From the IMG/VR virus record IMGVR_UViG_3300021090_000024, positions 1-55,879 of that record: a DNA stretch of 55,879 bases; one strand, written 5' to 3'. Of this stretch, positions 22,882 through 32,854 are shown piece by piece. The DNA is from a virus. Lineage: Duplodnaviria > Caudoviricetes. Below the pieces are notes generated by a model. It had not been told where the DNA came from and ran no database searches. It worked only from the letters and a program-made list of their open reading frames with translations. Each line of letters starts with the position of its first letter. Position 1 is the first letter of the stretch. The position numbers and the translations under genes were made by a program.

Positions 22882-24369
22882 GTGCCACGTAATTTTCGAT
22901 TTGAATCACAGCCAGAACTGATAAAGGCGACGCCAGAACGTCTTGCAGAACGCAAGGTCGGTCTGGCGATTTTGCCTATTCCGAACACTCCGGCTGCTAA
23001 GCGTGATGTAAAACTCTATCGTGCATGGGCAGATCAGAATGAATGGATTCGTGCTGCAATCAATCATCGTAAATTTCAGGTCTCTAGCGCGCCGTGGGAT
23101 ATTGTTCCTATTGATTCGGAAGCCCAATACGATTTATCGACCCAACTTCGCATGATTGATCTACTTCAGCACCCTAATCCTGCTACAGACGGCTTCCGCA
23201 CCCTTATGGAGAAGAACGTTGAGGACATTCTAGTTTTGGATGCTGGCTGTATTGAAACAGTACGCACCTATCGCGGCATCCCTGCGCAGCTATGGAATGT
23301 CGATGGTGCCACCATGCGTGTGAGTCAGACATGGATGGGTGATGAGGATGAGCCGCGTTACTTCTGGTATCCTAATGGTCGTTTTGGCGCAGCCTTGCTC
23401 GATAAAGACTTGATGTATATGATGCAGAATCCGTCTACACATCGTGTGTTGGGCTTGTCTCCTCTTGAAACCTTGCGCGAAACAATTGATGCAGAAATGC
23501 AGGCGTCACGGTATAACAAGGGCCAAGTTATGCAAGCTCCTCCGCATGGGATTATTCATCTTGGCGAAGATGCAACTGTGGAGAATGTAGATCAATTCGA
23601 GCGCTACTGGCGAGCAGAAATTGCCGGTATCAAGACAACAGCCGTTATAGGCGGAACTAAAGACCCCAAGTTCTTGAGTTTCGGTCGCTCACAGCGTGAC
23701 ATGCAGTTTCTTCAGTGGCAGAGTTATTTGATCCGTAAGATTGCGGCGGTATTCGGCATCTCACCGCAGGATTTGGGCATCTTATTCGATGTCAACCGCG
23801 CCAATGCGGAGACACAGGCTGATCTATCTGAGGATCGCGGTCTGCGTCCCTTGATTAGTTTGATCGAATCCTATATCAATCGTGAGGTTATCGGCAACTT
23901 CCAGCGTCAGAAGGCTAAGCAGATGTTCTATCAGGGAACAATGACTGGTCAAACAATGGCTAATGCAATTGCATTGAGTTATCTCGATACGCGTACAGAG
24001 TCACGGTTGAAATTATTCAAGCAATTGACTGAGGCCAATGTTACGAATTTGGCCTTCCGATTTAAGATTCCCTCCGGTCGGAATACCGCAGCGCGCGCGG
24101 CGACGCATAAACTGGAACTTGGTGGGATTCCGTGGCAGACGGTTAATAAGGTACGTGACGAGGAATTAGAAGACCCTGTAGAGGGTGGCGATGAAATCAT
24201 TGTGATGACGCCGCTTGGCCCTGTGCGTTTGTCAACCATTACCGGTGCGACACAGCCAAATACCTTGGAGCAGGCATTCATTCAGAATTCTATATATGAG
24301 CGCAAGATAATTATTGGGTCTGGTAAGAAATCGGCTGAAGACTCGACAAGCGAAGCAGAGCTAGGCTAG
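22882..24369 (+). CDS. Portal protein (HK97-type)
   Basis: GLSPLE, DMQF, IAAVFGISPQDLG, TVNKVR..PVEGGD; GTG start after GGAGG. Confidence 0.95.
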   Translation: MPRNFRFESQPELIKATPERLAERKVGLAILPIPNTPAAKRDVKLYRAWADQNEWIRAAINHRKFQVSSAPWDIVPIDSEAQYDLSTQLRMIDLLQHPNPATDGFRTLMEKNVEDILVLDAGCIETVRTYRGIPAQLWNVDGATMRVSQTWMGDEDEPRYFWYPNGRFGAALLDKDLMYMMQNPSTHRVLGLSPLETLRETIDAEMQASRYNKGQVMQAPPHGIIHLGEDATVENVDQFERYWRAEIAGIKTTAVIGGTKDPKFLSFGRSQRDMQFLQWQSYLIRKIAAVFGISPQDLGILFDVNRANAETQADLSEDRGLRPLISLIESYINREVIGNFQRQKAKQMFYQGTMTGQTMANAIALSYLDTRTESRLKLFKQLTEANVTNLAFRFKIPSGRNTAARAATHKLELGGIPWQTVNKVRDEELEDPVEGGDEIIVMTPLGPVRLSTITGATQPNTLEQAFIQNSIYERKIIIGSGKKSAEDSTSEAELG

Positions 24370-24372
24370 TGT
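24331..24372 (+). promoter_or_regulatory. Phage promoter motif copy 3
   Basis: TCGGCTGA-N4-TCGACA-N18-TAGTGT; ATG at 24380. Confidence 0.75.
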
Positions 24373-24379
24373 GATTGAT

Positions 24380-26374
24380 ATGGCGAACATGCAACAGCCA
24401 ACGCGATTCGATATTCTTCTTGGCGCTGTTAAGGCAGTTGACGAGGGCGGCTCTCCGCGCATAATTTGTACGGCATCGTCTGACGTAGTTGACCTTGGCG
24501 TAGATCGTTTCATGTTGTCTGCGCTCGAACAGATGGCCGTTACTTTCCCTGGTATGGCAATCTTTTTGAACCACAAATACGTGGTGCCAGAGGATGTGTT
24601 CGGTGCCGTAACAAAGGCCACAATTGTAGATCGGGAAGGCCATCACGATCTCGATCTTGAGATTGCAGTCGATACGCATAATGAACGGGCAATGGTGGTT
24701 TATCGCCAGATTCAGTCCGGCGTGAAGTTGGGTGTGAGTGTTGGTGTTTTGGTTTTGGATGCCGAATATTCCAGCGAAAAAGTGGACGGCAAGAAGATTT
24801 TGAATATTAAAAGCGTCAATACGTTGGAGGCCAGCATTGTTGGCATTCCAGCTAATCGTCGGTCTTGGGTGCAAGGTGCTCTTAAAGCAGCCAGTATGTA
24901 CTTCGAAGGCGAGACGCGTGAACTCCTTGAAAAGCTGGCGAATTCGATTCAGACCAGCGACGGAGGTACAGTAATGGAACTCGATGAACTAGCTGCTTTT
25001 GAAAAAGACGAAGATGTGCAAGTTCCTACTCCTGAAGAGGACGTAGAGGATGCGCCTACTCCTGATGAAGAAGGCGCTGAGGAAGATGAGCCGGAGATTG
25101 TCGAAGATGCGGTTGTAGAGATGGCACCTGTGCTGGCAGAAGTTACGGACTCCCCCGCAGTAAATGCTGAAGCAGTAGAAACGATAGTCGAGGATTCGGC
25201 GGAGCAGATCGTTACGGAACCGGAAGCAGAGCTTGCCGTGCCAGAGGAGCGACCCGAAGCTGAATCAGTATCGGTCATACTTGCTCGGCAGCGGTTAAAG
25301 CACGCTGACAAGAATCGTAAATGGTACGACATTACTGTAAAGGATGCCGAGCCAGATGATCTTGCAGCAGAAACCGAGGATTCGGTATCTCGTGTTGCAG
25401 AAGTCCTCATTTATGATTCTATCGGTGGCGCTGAGACTACTCAAGCCTTCGTTAATGCTGTTGATTCATTGGATGTGGAGCGCATTAACTTGCGTATCAA
25501 TAGTCCTGGCGGCATTATCGATGACGGGATCGCTATTCGAAATGCTCTATCTCGAAACAAGGCGGATGTTTACACATACGTTGAAGGTCTAGCAGCTTCG
25601 ATGGCATCGATCATTGCAATGGTTGGTAAAGAGTGCATTATGGCTCCTGACTCTATGATGATGATTCATGAGCCTTGGGGCTGTGCAATGGGTGATGCGA
25701 GTATCTTCGAAAAAGAAGCACGCATTCTCAACAAGTATGCTAATCAACTTGCCGGTGTGTACGCGAATAAGGCTGGCGGTGATCGTGAAGAATGGCGCGA
25801 TGTGATGCGCATTGAGTCATGGTACAGTGCTGAAGAAGCAGTAGATGCCGGTCTTGCTGAACGTGTTGGCGGCGAATCTGATGGCTATAAGGCTCCAAAG
25901 AAAAAGCCAATGCCTGGGGAAGAGCCGGAAGAAGAGCCAATGCATAAGGGCTTTGATGTCGACATTTTTACATTGTTCAAGAATGCACCTGTTTCGGCGA
26001 AGCGTTTCTTCACGCGAGAGTTCGTGCCAGAGCTTGTGGCCACTGTCGATCCGACAGAAATGACACAGATGGCTATTGGCATTAGCGGCTTGTCGACTGC
26101 TCTGCGTACAGCGCAGAAGGACAACGATTCTCTACGTGATAAATTGCTAGATAAGGAAACAGCCGTAACTACTCTTGAAACTGAGCGTGCGACCTTGTTT
26201 AAGGAAGTGCAGGAACTTATGGTGCATGTTAACCGTGTGCTTGACACGCCAATGCCTCGCCGTACAAGTGCGGTTTTCGCAAATGCTATCGAGGGAATTG
26301 CAAGTAAATGGCCTTGGTTGGACGAGCGCATTGTAGCACAGCTTGCACGGACAGAAGGTGAACCATCTAGCTAA
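24380..26374 (+). CDS. Head maturation protease: HK97-type protease fused to a ClpP-like domain and a coiled-coil tail
   Basis: IFLNH, GVSVG, LEASIVGIPAN; then INSPGG, GLAASMAS, MMIHEP, ESWYSAEEA. Confidence 0.9.
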   Translation: MANMQQPTRFDILLGAVKAVDEGGSPRIICTASSDVVDLGVDRFMLSALEQMAVTFPGMAIFLNHKYVVPEDVFGAVTKATIVDREGHHDLDLEIAVDTHNERAMVVYRQIQSGVKLGVSVGVLVLDAEYSSEKVDGKKILNIKSVNTLEASIVGIPANRRSWVQGALKAASMYFEGETRELLEKLANSIQTSDGGTVMELDELAAFEKDEDVQVPTPEEDVEDAPTPDEEGAEEDEPEIVEDAVVEMAPVLAEVTDSPAVNAEAVETIVEDSAEQIVTEPEAELAVPEERPEAESVSVILARQRLKHADKNRKWYDITVKDAEPDDLAAETEDSVSRVAEVLIYDSIGGAETTQAFVNAVDSLDVERINLRINSPGGIIDDGIAIRNALSRNKADVYTYVEGLAASMASIIAMVGKECIMAPDSMMMIHEPWGCAMGDASIFEKEARILNKYANQLAGVYANKAGGDREEWRDVMRIESWYSAEEAVDAGLAERVGGESDGYKAPKKKPMPGEEPEEEPMHKGFDVDIFTLFKNAPVSAKRFFTREFVPELVATVDPTEMTQMAIGISGLSTALRTAQKDNDSLRDKLLDKETAVTTLETERATLFKEVQELMVHVNRVLDTPMPRRTSAVFANAIEGIASKWPWLDERIVAQLARTEGEPSS

Positions 26375-27093
26375 TGACAGCACGAATTTATGGCCTTATT
26401 GATCCAGATACAATGGAGCTACGTTATGTTGGTCAGACACAGATGCCTTGGCCTAAACGTTTAGCTTGCCATATAAGGGCTGCTAAAAAGGGTCAGACAT
26501 ATGTCCACAATTGGATAAACTCCTGTGTTACCGCTCCTCTTTTGATTACTTTAGAACGCGATCCAATGGATTTGGATGAAGCCGAACGCCGATGGATTAA
26601 AGAAATGTTAGCGCAGGGCGCGCGTCTTACTAATATTTCTTCAGGTGGTGCTGGTATAACTGCGGCTGTCCGTATAAGCCAGCGCATAGCGCATTTGGGT
26701 AAAACTGTTTCTTGTCCTCCTCCTTCTTGGCTTGGTCGCCATCATACTTTAGAATCATGTATGGCAATAAGCAAAGCAAGAATGGGAATGCGCTTTTCTG
26801 TTGAGCATCGGGCGGCAATTAGTGCAGCACAGATTGGTGTTCCTTTAAGCGATGCTAAACTGGCACAGCTATCTAAACTGAGCGCTGGAAATATTGGAAA
26901 GAAATTTCCAGGTCGTGGTACTGGCAGGAGTCCAACTGCGGAAACTAGAGAAAAGATTAGTGCGTCACAGATGGGTAAAATTATTTCAGATGAAACTCGT
27001 GCTTATCAAAGTGCTGCACATTTAGGTAAGCCTTGGAGCGACATCCGGCGGGCAGCTTATATGCGTAAGTATGGGCTAGCTTTTCAAGAATAA
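26374..27093 (+). CDS. GIY-YIG homing endonuclease with NUMOD3-like repeats
   Basis: IYGLIDP..RYVGQT..RL..H, E..WI, LTN...GG; repeats like TAETREKIS. Confidence 0.9.
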   Translation: MTARIYGLIDPDTMELRYVGQTQMPWPKRLACHIRAAKKGQTYVHNWINSCVTAPLLITLERDPMDLDEAERRWIKEMLAQGARLTNISSGGAGITAAVRISQRIAHLGKTVSCPPPSWLGRHHTLESCMAISKARMGMRFSVEHRAAISAAQIGVPLSDAKLAQLSKLSAGNIGKKFPGRGTGRSPTAETREKISASQMGKIISDETRAYQSAAHLGKPWSDIRRAAYMRKYGLAFQE

Positions 27094-27135
27094 TCGGCTG
27101 AGGACTTGCGCGCTCCATATGCAATACATGAGAAT
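27094..27135 (+). promoter_or_regulatory. Phage promoter motif copy 4
   Basis: TCGGCTGA-N4-TTGCGC-N18-GAGAAT upstream of the major capsid gene. Confidence 0.7.
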
Positions 27136-27186
27136 GGCCTTGTAAGCGTAAAAGCAACAAGCCAAACTCCTAAAGGAGAAACGAAG

Positions 27187-28485
27187 ATGGCAACTGAAAA
27201 CGACAACCCAATTGGCGATGTGCGCACAGCTAGCGGCTTGCTCAAGGACATTGCTCCTTTGATCGAGAAGTGGGCTGCGCAGACCGCTCCTGATCCAACT
27301 CAGGTGGCCGCTCCTTCTGCACCGGAAACGCGTGCGGCAGAGAAGACTTTCGAGGAAATGCTCGATCTGCGTACCAATTTGATTAAGCAGAACGATGCCG
27401 TTCTCCATCGCATGATTGGCTATCAGTTGGTCAAGGGTGCACGTGAGAAGCAGGGTATATCTCTGCACCAGTGGCTTGGCGGAGATCGCCACGCATTGGC
27501 AGCACTTCAGTCTGATCCAATCATCTCAAAGGCACTCGATACGGCAGTGGGTTCTGCCCTGATTCGTCAGGACTTGGAGCCTTTGCTCTACGCAGCTTTT
27601 GTGCGGAAGTTCCCGTTGTGGGATCGTATTCGGAAGGAGCCATCTAACGGTTTGGTTCACGCCTACAACCGTACCGATGCTGCACCGGACGCATCCTTCA
27701 TCTCTGAACTTGGTGCTGTTCCAAGCGGTAATGGTGTCTACACACGTGCAGTCGCCAATGTCGCTATCGCAGCCATCAAGGTTGGGGTATCGGTGAAGAT
27801 GCAGCTAGCGGCTATGGCCGGTGGCGGTGGCTGGAACCCTGAGACTGAAGAGATTGCAAATGGTTTGACTGGTCTGCGGCGTAAGCTTCAGCGCACAGTC
27901 TTCAGTGGCAACTCATCTGTTCCTGGTAAGGTCGCAACCGATCCTGAAGGTCTGTTCGACATCAATGGTTTTGACGGTCTACGTGGGTTGATTCCCGCAG
28001 CCAACAAGACCTTGCATGATCCGGCAAACTTTAGCCTGACTCAGGACTTCAACAACGCGGATTCCGTGTTGTCAGTGTTCGGCGGAATGGCCTCCATCTT
28101 GGTGATGGATACTCGTGACAAGACGTTGTGGATGAACGAGCTTGAAGTTGCTGAGCGCATTCAGTTGCCTCAGTTGAGCCTCGTGCCTGGTCTTCCAAAC
28201 ATCACAGGTATCAACCTTGGCAACTCCGGTGAAGTTCCGGTTCTTGGAATTCCTGGTGACGAGATTGGTCACTACACCTTCGGCGGCGACGATGTTCGCG
28301 ACGCGTACCTTTTGGACGAGTCAACTATCACCGTCCCGTTCTTGGGCAGCGATATGCCAACCATCTTGGACATTCCAACGGGTACGGACGGTACTTTGAG
28401 CCATGTCTTCATCCTCTTCCAGATGGCAGGTTTGGCGGCAAAGATTCCGAACTACCTCTCAGCACTGCGTATCCCAACCCCATAA
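27187..28485 (+). CDS. Major capsid protein
   Basis: SD AAGGAG; KALDT..GSALIRQDLE and FDGL motifs; follows the protease; 432 aa. Confidence 0.9.
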   Translation: MATENDNPIGDVRTASGLLKDIAPLIEKWAAQTAPDPTQVAAPSAPETRAAEKTFEEMLDLRTNLIKQNDAVLHRMIGYQLVKGAREKQGISLHQWLGGDRHALAALQSDPIISKALDTAVGSALIRQDLEPLLYAAFVRKFPLWDRIRKEPSNGLVHAYNRTDAAPDASFISELGAVPSGNGVYTRAVANVAIAAIKVGVSVKMQLAAMAGGGGWNPETEEIANGLTGLRRKLQRTVFSGNSSVPGKVATDPEGLFDINGFDGLRGLIPAANKTLHDPANFSLTQDFNNADSVLSVFGGMASILVMDTRDKTLWMNELEVAERIQLPQLSLVPGLPNITGINLGNSGEVPVLGIPGDEIGHYTFGGDDVRDAYLLDESTITVPFLGSDMPTILDIPTGTDGTLSHVFILFQMAGLAAKIPNYLSALRIPTP

Positions 28486-28540
28486 GGGTTGGGGTGATGT
28501 AGGCAACGAAAGTTCCATCACCTGACTAAGGAGAACGACA

Positions 28541-28978
28541 ATGACGATTACAGCATTTCAGACAAACAGCGAGACTAATCTCGCTAATATGGCGGCAGAC
28601 TTGCTGGCATTCTTTGGCACAGACCTTGATGGTGCCACAGATTCCAATGAGAATGCACAGATTCTCACAGTGATGTGGGCATTGGTCAAGGTTATCAAGG
28701 CTCGCCAGCACGCGGCACCTCATGTTGCCGCCGACGCAGGCAAGCTTGGGCGGGATCGTCTGTTCGAGCTTATTGGTGGCCACACAGCTAATGCATTCAT
28801 GGCGCTCGTCAACCAGATTGACGAGGTGTACAACGAGTTCTACGTCGCCTTCAACAGCGTCGACCAGAATCTCACGAATGATGACGATGAGATTTGGGGA
28901 ACAGCGCTTGGTACACGTGGCCCTGTGGGTGGCCCAATCTTGGGTTCGCCGAATTACACGGCTGGTCTCAGTCCGTAA
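28541..28978 (+). CDS. Hypothetical virion-associated protein
   Basis: SD AAGGAG; directly after the capsid gene. Confidence 0.7.
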   Translation: MTITAFQTNSETNLANMAADLLAFFGTDLDGATDSNENAQILTVMWALVKVIKARQHAAPHVAADAGKLGRDRLFELIGGHTANAFMALVNQIDEVYNEFYVAFNSVDQNLTNDDDEIWGTALGTRGPVGGPILGSPNYTAGLSP

Positions 28979-28998
28979 TCTCGGTAAGATGGAATTTA

Positions 28999-29036
28999 AG
29001 AGGCGGAGCGCTATACGCTTCGTCTCTTTTGTTTTG
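28999..29036 (+). terminator. Rho-independent terminator
   Basis: AGAGGCGGAGCG-CTATA-CGCTTCGTCTCT followed by TTTGTTTT. Confidence 0.8.
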
Positions 29037-29046
29037 AGGGACACTA

Positions 29047-29703
29047 ATGGCTGATACCGTTTATCTGACTCCGACTGAATGGCAAGATTTAGCAACAGGC
29101 ATTGATTTCAGCGCATTAACGAATGCTGAAATGGAGGCCTTAATTGCTCGTGCTAGCGCTTTGGCGGAAGCAGAGGCTGGTTTAGCCAATGGTGGGTCTT
29201 GGCTGCTTACCGAATATATCAATGAACAGCATTCATGGCGGCAGACACATCGTGCCTATTTGTATAACTGGCCAGTGTCAGAGCTTACAGAGGTGCGTAT
29301 ACGGGTCGGTGCGCAGACTTCCGCAACAATTCAAGGTACTGAGGTATATGTTAACAACACGGCCCATCATATTGAAATCTCGTCTTTGGCATTGGCGTTC
29401 GGTATCGCACCGGATATTGTTAGCCTCGGATTAGCCGAGCCAGTAGTGGAAGTCGACTATATTGCAGGCTATGAGATCATTCCAGATGACATTAAGCACG
29501 CCGTGGCGATCATCGCTGCCTCCTTGTATCTATCTAAGTTGCTATTTGAAGAAGGCACAGCCGGTGTTGTTAGTTTCACCATCGGCAGCTATCAGGTTTC
29601 TTTTGGCACTAAGCAGCTTGGCGGAGTAGCTGGATTCGCGAACTTCGTGCCAGATCAGGCTAAATTGTTGCTACGCGGGTATAAGTCGATCTTCTTGAGG
29701 TAA
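29047..29703 (+). CDS. Head-tail connector/adaptor
   Basis: YLT..E, VDYIAGY..IPDDIKHA, IGSYQVSF, LLRGY. Confidence 0.85.
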   Translation: MADTVYLTPTEWQDLATGIDFSALTNAEMEALIARASALAEAEAGLANGGSWLLTEYINEQHSWRQTHRAYLYNWPVSELTEVRIRVGAQTSATIQGTEVYVNNTAHHIEISSLALAFGIAPDIVSLGLAEPVVEVDYIAGYEIIPDDIKHAVAIIAASLYLSKLLFEEGTAGVVSFTIGSYQVSFGTKQLGGVAGFANFVPDQAKLLLRGYKSIFLR

Positions 29704-29705
29704 AA

Positions 29706-30062
29706 ATGTTCGGGACAAATAAACGGATTTCGATCATTGAGACGACTCGGCCCATCTCAGATTCGGGCGCTGTTATGGAGGAGCTTGAAACTATCATCGC
29801 GTCCAATATTCCTGCCGCCATTCAGCATCATTTATTGAACAACCTTCCTCCGGCTCCTGATAGACCTATGCCATCTGGTATCTTCTATTTGAAGGAATAC
29901 CGTTGCTGGATACCTGTAAAGGCCATAGTGGGCCTCACGCCGCGTGTGACGTGGGTTATTCAGGACGAGGTGACTGGTGACAAGTTCCGCGTGCGCTCGG
30001 TCGCTGATGACGCTGGTAGAGGCCACCATTGGCTTTTACGTATGGAGAACTATGATGGCTAA
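29706..30062 (+). CDS. Head closure/stopper protein
   Basis: Position; FRVRSV.DDAGRGHH. Confidence 0.7.
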   Translation: MFGTNKRISIIETTRPISDSGAVMEELETIIASNIPAAIQHHLLNNLPPAPDRPMPSGIFYLKEYRCWIPVKAIVGLTPRVTWVIQDEVTGDKFRVRSVADDAGRGHHWLLRMENYDG

Positions 30063-30573
30063 ACAAGGTATGTGGATTGAATTCTCATTCGATGCTGGTG
30101 GCCCTATCATGCTCTTTGACGATATTATCCCTCGGCAGTTGCCCCAATGGATTAAAAAGGGTGCGGGTGCAGGCGCGATACGTGTGCAAGATATAATGAG
30201 GGCGGAACTTGACCGACTCATTTACTCCACGCCAGAATCGCCTAATTACAAACGAACGCATACATTGATGCGTGCTACTTATGCCGCGCGTCCTGGGGCA
30301 AACCATAGTGGTGATCATGCAGCGGCCAAGGCTGGCCAGGATTTGCGTGTATCGGCTCCGGCGGCTGGTGGTGTTGTAAAACTCGTTGGCTATGTGGCGC
30401 AAATTGATGTCGGGTCTTGGGCTGATTGGGCATGGCATGTGCACGAGGGTCATGGTAATGGTTCTCGTATACCCAAACCGTTTACAGTACGGCCTTTGAA
30501 CGAGGCTCAGGGTATTTTACGAGAAGAAATCGGCCAAGCATTGAATCTAGGACTGGCCAGTATTTTACGATGA
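30052..30573 (+). CDS. HK97 gp10-like neck/tail-completion protein
   Basis: RTHTLM, WAWHVHEG, PKPF..P motifs. Confidence 0.75.
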   Translation: MMAKQGMWIEFSFDAGGPIMLFDDIIPRQLPQWIKKGAGAGAIRVQDIMRAELDRLIYSTPESPNYKRTHTLMRATYAARPGANHSGDHAAAKAGQDLRVSAPAAGGVVKLVGYVAQIDVGSWADWAWHVHEGHGNGSRIPKPFTVRPLNEAQGILREEIGQALNLGLASILR

Positions 30574-31037
30574 ATACACGTAGAGAAGAGTTAGCGTGGG
30601 CCGCAGGTTTCTTTGATGGTGAAGGTTATACATCTGCAAAACCAGAGCGTCGAGATATTTTTATAGGGTTGCGTTTAGGTATATCGCAATCAGAAGAACC
30701 ACCATTTTCGTTGAAACGTTTTCGCGAGGCGGTTTCTGGTATAGGGACAATACATGGCCCATATTTGACAATGCATAAGCCTCGCTATACTTATTCTGCT
30801 AATGGTGTTGAAGCACAGGCTGTATTTGCAATGCTTGCTAGTTTTTTGGGGCCTGAAAAATTCAAACAAGGTGCAGACAAGATAAGAATTTGGTCGGCAT
30901 ATAGGCAAAAATGGCAGAAATGCGCTGCATTGGGTCATCGTATTCAAATCGGCGTGAATGCTAGCGGTGGCCCAAAACGTTATTGTATGGATTGTGTACA
31001 TAAAACTGATAAATCGGCTGAAGCCTTGCCAGAATAG
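30570..31037 (+). CDS. LAGLIDADG homing endonuclease (single motif) with C-terminal Zn motif
   Basis: LAWAAGFFDGEG; C..GH...RYCMDC. Confidence 0.88.
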   Translation: MNTRREELAWAAGFFDGEGYTSAKPERRDIFIGLRLGISQSEEPPFSLKRFREAVSGIGTIHGPYLTMHKPRYTYSANGVEAQAVFAMLASFLGPEKFKQGADKIRIWSAYRQKWQKCAALGHRIQIGVNASGGPKRYCMDCVHKTDKSAEALPE

Positions 31038-31054
31038 GCTTAATTATGGAAGAT
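31014..31054 (+). promoter_or_regulatory. Phage promoter motif copy 5
   Basis: TCGGCTGA-N4-TTGCCA-N17-GAAGAT; ATG at 31061. Confidence 0.65.
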
Positions 31055-31060
31055 AGTCTC

Positions 31061-31210
31061 ATGGCAACCAAATTAACTTTCACAGATAGTAAGCTGCATA
31101 CCTCGCAACATATAGAGGTGAATCATGGACAAATACGTCCTGTGGAGCGGATACTGTCTATTAAGACATCAACGGTGAAGCCGAAGGAGAATGACGATGG
31201 CAAGAGTTAA
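31061..31210 (+). CDS. Small hypothetical protein (49 aa)
   Basis: ATG just after the promoter; overlaps the next gene. Confidence 0.4.
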   Translation: MATKLTFTDSKLHTSQHIEVNHGQIRPVERILSIKTSTVKPKENDDGKS

Positions 31211-31577
31211 TATTCCCATTCTTGATGCTGATAAGAATTCGGCTGTTGGCCTTGATTTGACAGTAGGATCAGTCGCGGCTGATGTCACTGAAGATCACAA
31301 ATTATTGAACCGTACCTCGCGCATCATGCTTTTGGTTTGGACGGCTTCTGCCTCTGGTGTCGACATTTCATTTGATAGCGTTCCTGATCCTTATGGGCGA
31401 GAAGGCGACGCGACAGAGGAAGGCCCAACAACTATTGGTGCCTCAAAGTTTATGGCCTTTGGCCCATATTCTCCTGGCTTGTTCACGCAAAAGACTGGTA
31501 CATACAAGAATTACCTACAGGTAAATCTTGCCAATCTCTCTGGTACAGTGAAATTGGTTGCCGTCTCTATTCCATAA
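31191..31577 (+). CDS. Putative structural protein, paralogue of 31593-32381
   Basis: SD AAGGAG; shared MAR..IP, DPYGR, P..F.Q, LVAVSI. Confidence 0.7.
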   Translation: MTMARVNIPILDADKNSAVGLDLTVGSVAADVTEDHKLLNRTSRIMLLVWTASASGVDISFDSVPDPYGREGDATEEGPTTIGASKFMAFGPYSPGLFTQKTGTYKNYLQVNLANLSGTVKLVAVSIP

Positions 31578-31592
31578 AGAAGGATACTCAAT

Positions 31593-32381
31593 ATGGCACG
31601 CTTGGAAATCCCTGTAATTGTAATCTCTGCTAACGCTTCTGCCGAACTTGATTTGGGCGCGGTAGGTGCTCTTTTGAGTGATAAGGCCGCATTGGGCGGG
31701 CCTGATGGCGATGGCTATTACTTCGTCAATCCAGGTGGCCGTACTGTGCTTTTGTGCTTCCTAGACGATCCTGGTAAGTCTCAGGGCACCTTGACTGTCG
31801 ATGCACAGCCATCCGCTACAGACACCATGACTATTGGTGTTGCCGGAGGCGTAAAGGTATATACCTTCCGTGCTCTTGTGGATTGGGATGTCGATGGCGA
31901 GATCGCTATTGGAGCCACCCTTGCAGAGACACAGGCAAATATCGTGGCGGCGATCAATGGTACAGATGGCGTCAACACGCCTCATACACAGGTCATCATT
32001 GAGGCCTTCAATGACGAGGAAAAGGCTGTCATTACAGCCATAGTCCCAGGTACGACAGGCGACACGATTGCGACAACAGAGACCTTCACACCCGTAACAG
32101 ATGTGTTTGATGCAGCGACACTTGGTACAACCTCGGCTGGTGGTGCACAGGGTGCCGTTACGGTGAAGATTCTTGGTGTGGATGATCCTTATGGTCGTGG
32201 CGCAAGTCCGGCTGGCGATGTCACCTATACTCTGACTACTGGAAATGACGAGCGCGTACCATTTGTCCTTAGCCGTTTCACGCCAGCGATGTTCAATCAA
32301 AGCGGCGCGAACACGCGGCGTGTGCATGTGGATGTTTCTGCCCTAACGGGAACCGGAATACTGGTAGCCGTTAGCATTTAA
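31593..32381 (+). CDS. Putative structural protein with an inserted beta domain
   Basis: Paralogue of the upstream gene with a ~125-aa Thr/Ala-rich insertion. Confidence 0.7.
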   Translation: MARLEIPVIVISANASAELDLGAVGALLSDKAALGGPDGDGYYFVNPGGRTVLLCFLDDPGKSQGTLTVDAQPSATDTMTIGVAGGVKVYTFRALVDWDVDGEIAIGATLAETQANIVAAINGTDGVNTPHTQVIIEAFNDEEKAVITAIVPGTTGDTIATTETFTPVTDVFDAATLGTTSAGGAQGAVTVKILGVDDPYGRGASPAGDVTYTLTTGNDERVPFVLSRFTPAMFNQSGANTRRVHVDVSALTGTGILVAVSI

Positions 32382-32398
32382 CGGGGATAGAGGCTCAC

Positions 32399-32854
32399 GT
32401 GACAGTAGCTCGTGATGCGGCACAGCAACTCTATAGGAGCGTATATGCCATCCTGAGCGGCGATACCTCGTTGAATGATTTATTAGCATCCTCTCCTGAA
32501 AATCCAAAAGTATTTCAGACTTTCATTGATTTTGATTCTGCCTTTGCGCTCAAGAACGAGCAATGGCTTACCTTTGGCATCGTGGACGACCGGCCAATGG
32601 ATATTGAACAGATGCAGGATGTGCGCGAAATTGCGCTTGACGTACATGTTTGGGTACGAGGGCCAGGCTCCGATCTGGCAGAATTATTGGAAAAAAGGGT
32701 TCGAGAAGTTTTGGATAACGCAGACTTGTCTACCGCAACGCTTTTCGCTTGGTTTTGTCATTCAGTAGGCTACTCAAAGGTTTATGAAGCGGCTCCGCAA
32801 CTGTGGCACATTACAAGCAGCTATAATGTGTTATGTATGGCACAGGAAAATTGA
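32399..32854 (+). CDS. Tail terminator protein
   Basis: Y..LSGD..L..LL, WLTF, LDVHVW; position before the tail tube gene. Confidence 0.8.
   Translation: MTVARDAAQQLYRSVYAILSGDTSLNDLLASSPENPKVFQTFIDFDSAFALKNEQWLTFGIVDDRPMDIEQMQDVREIALDVHVWVRGPGSDLAELLEKRVREVLDNADLSTATLFAWFCHSVGYSKVYEAAPQLWHITSSYNVLCMAQEN

Noticed and set aside
27106-27186. Capsid start at 27106
   Set aside because: That TTG is the -35 element of the promoter motif; the SD AAGGAG supports ATG 27187.
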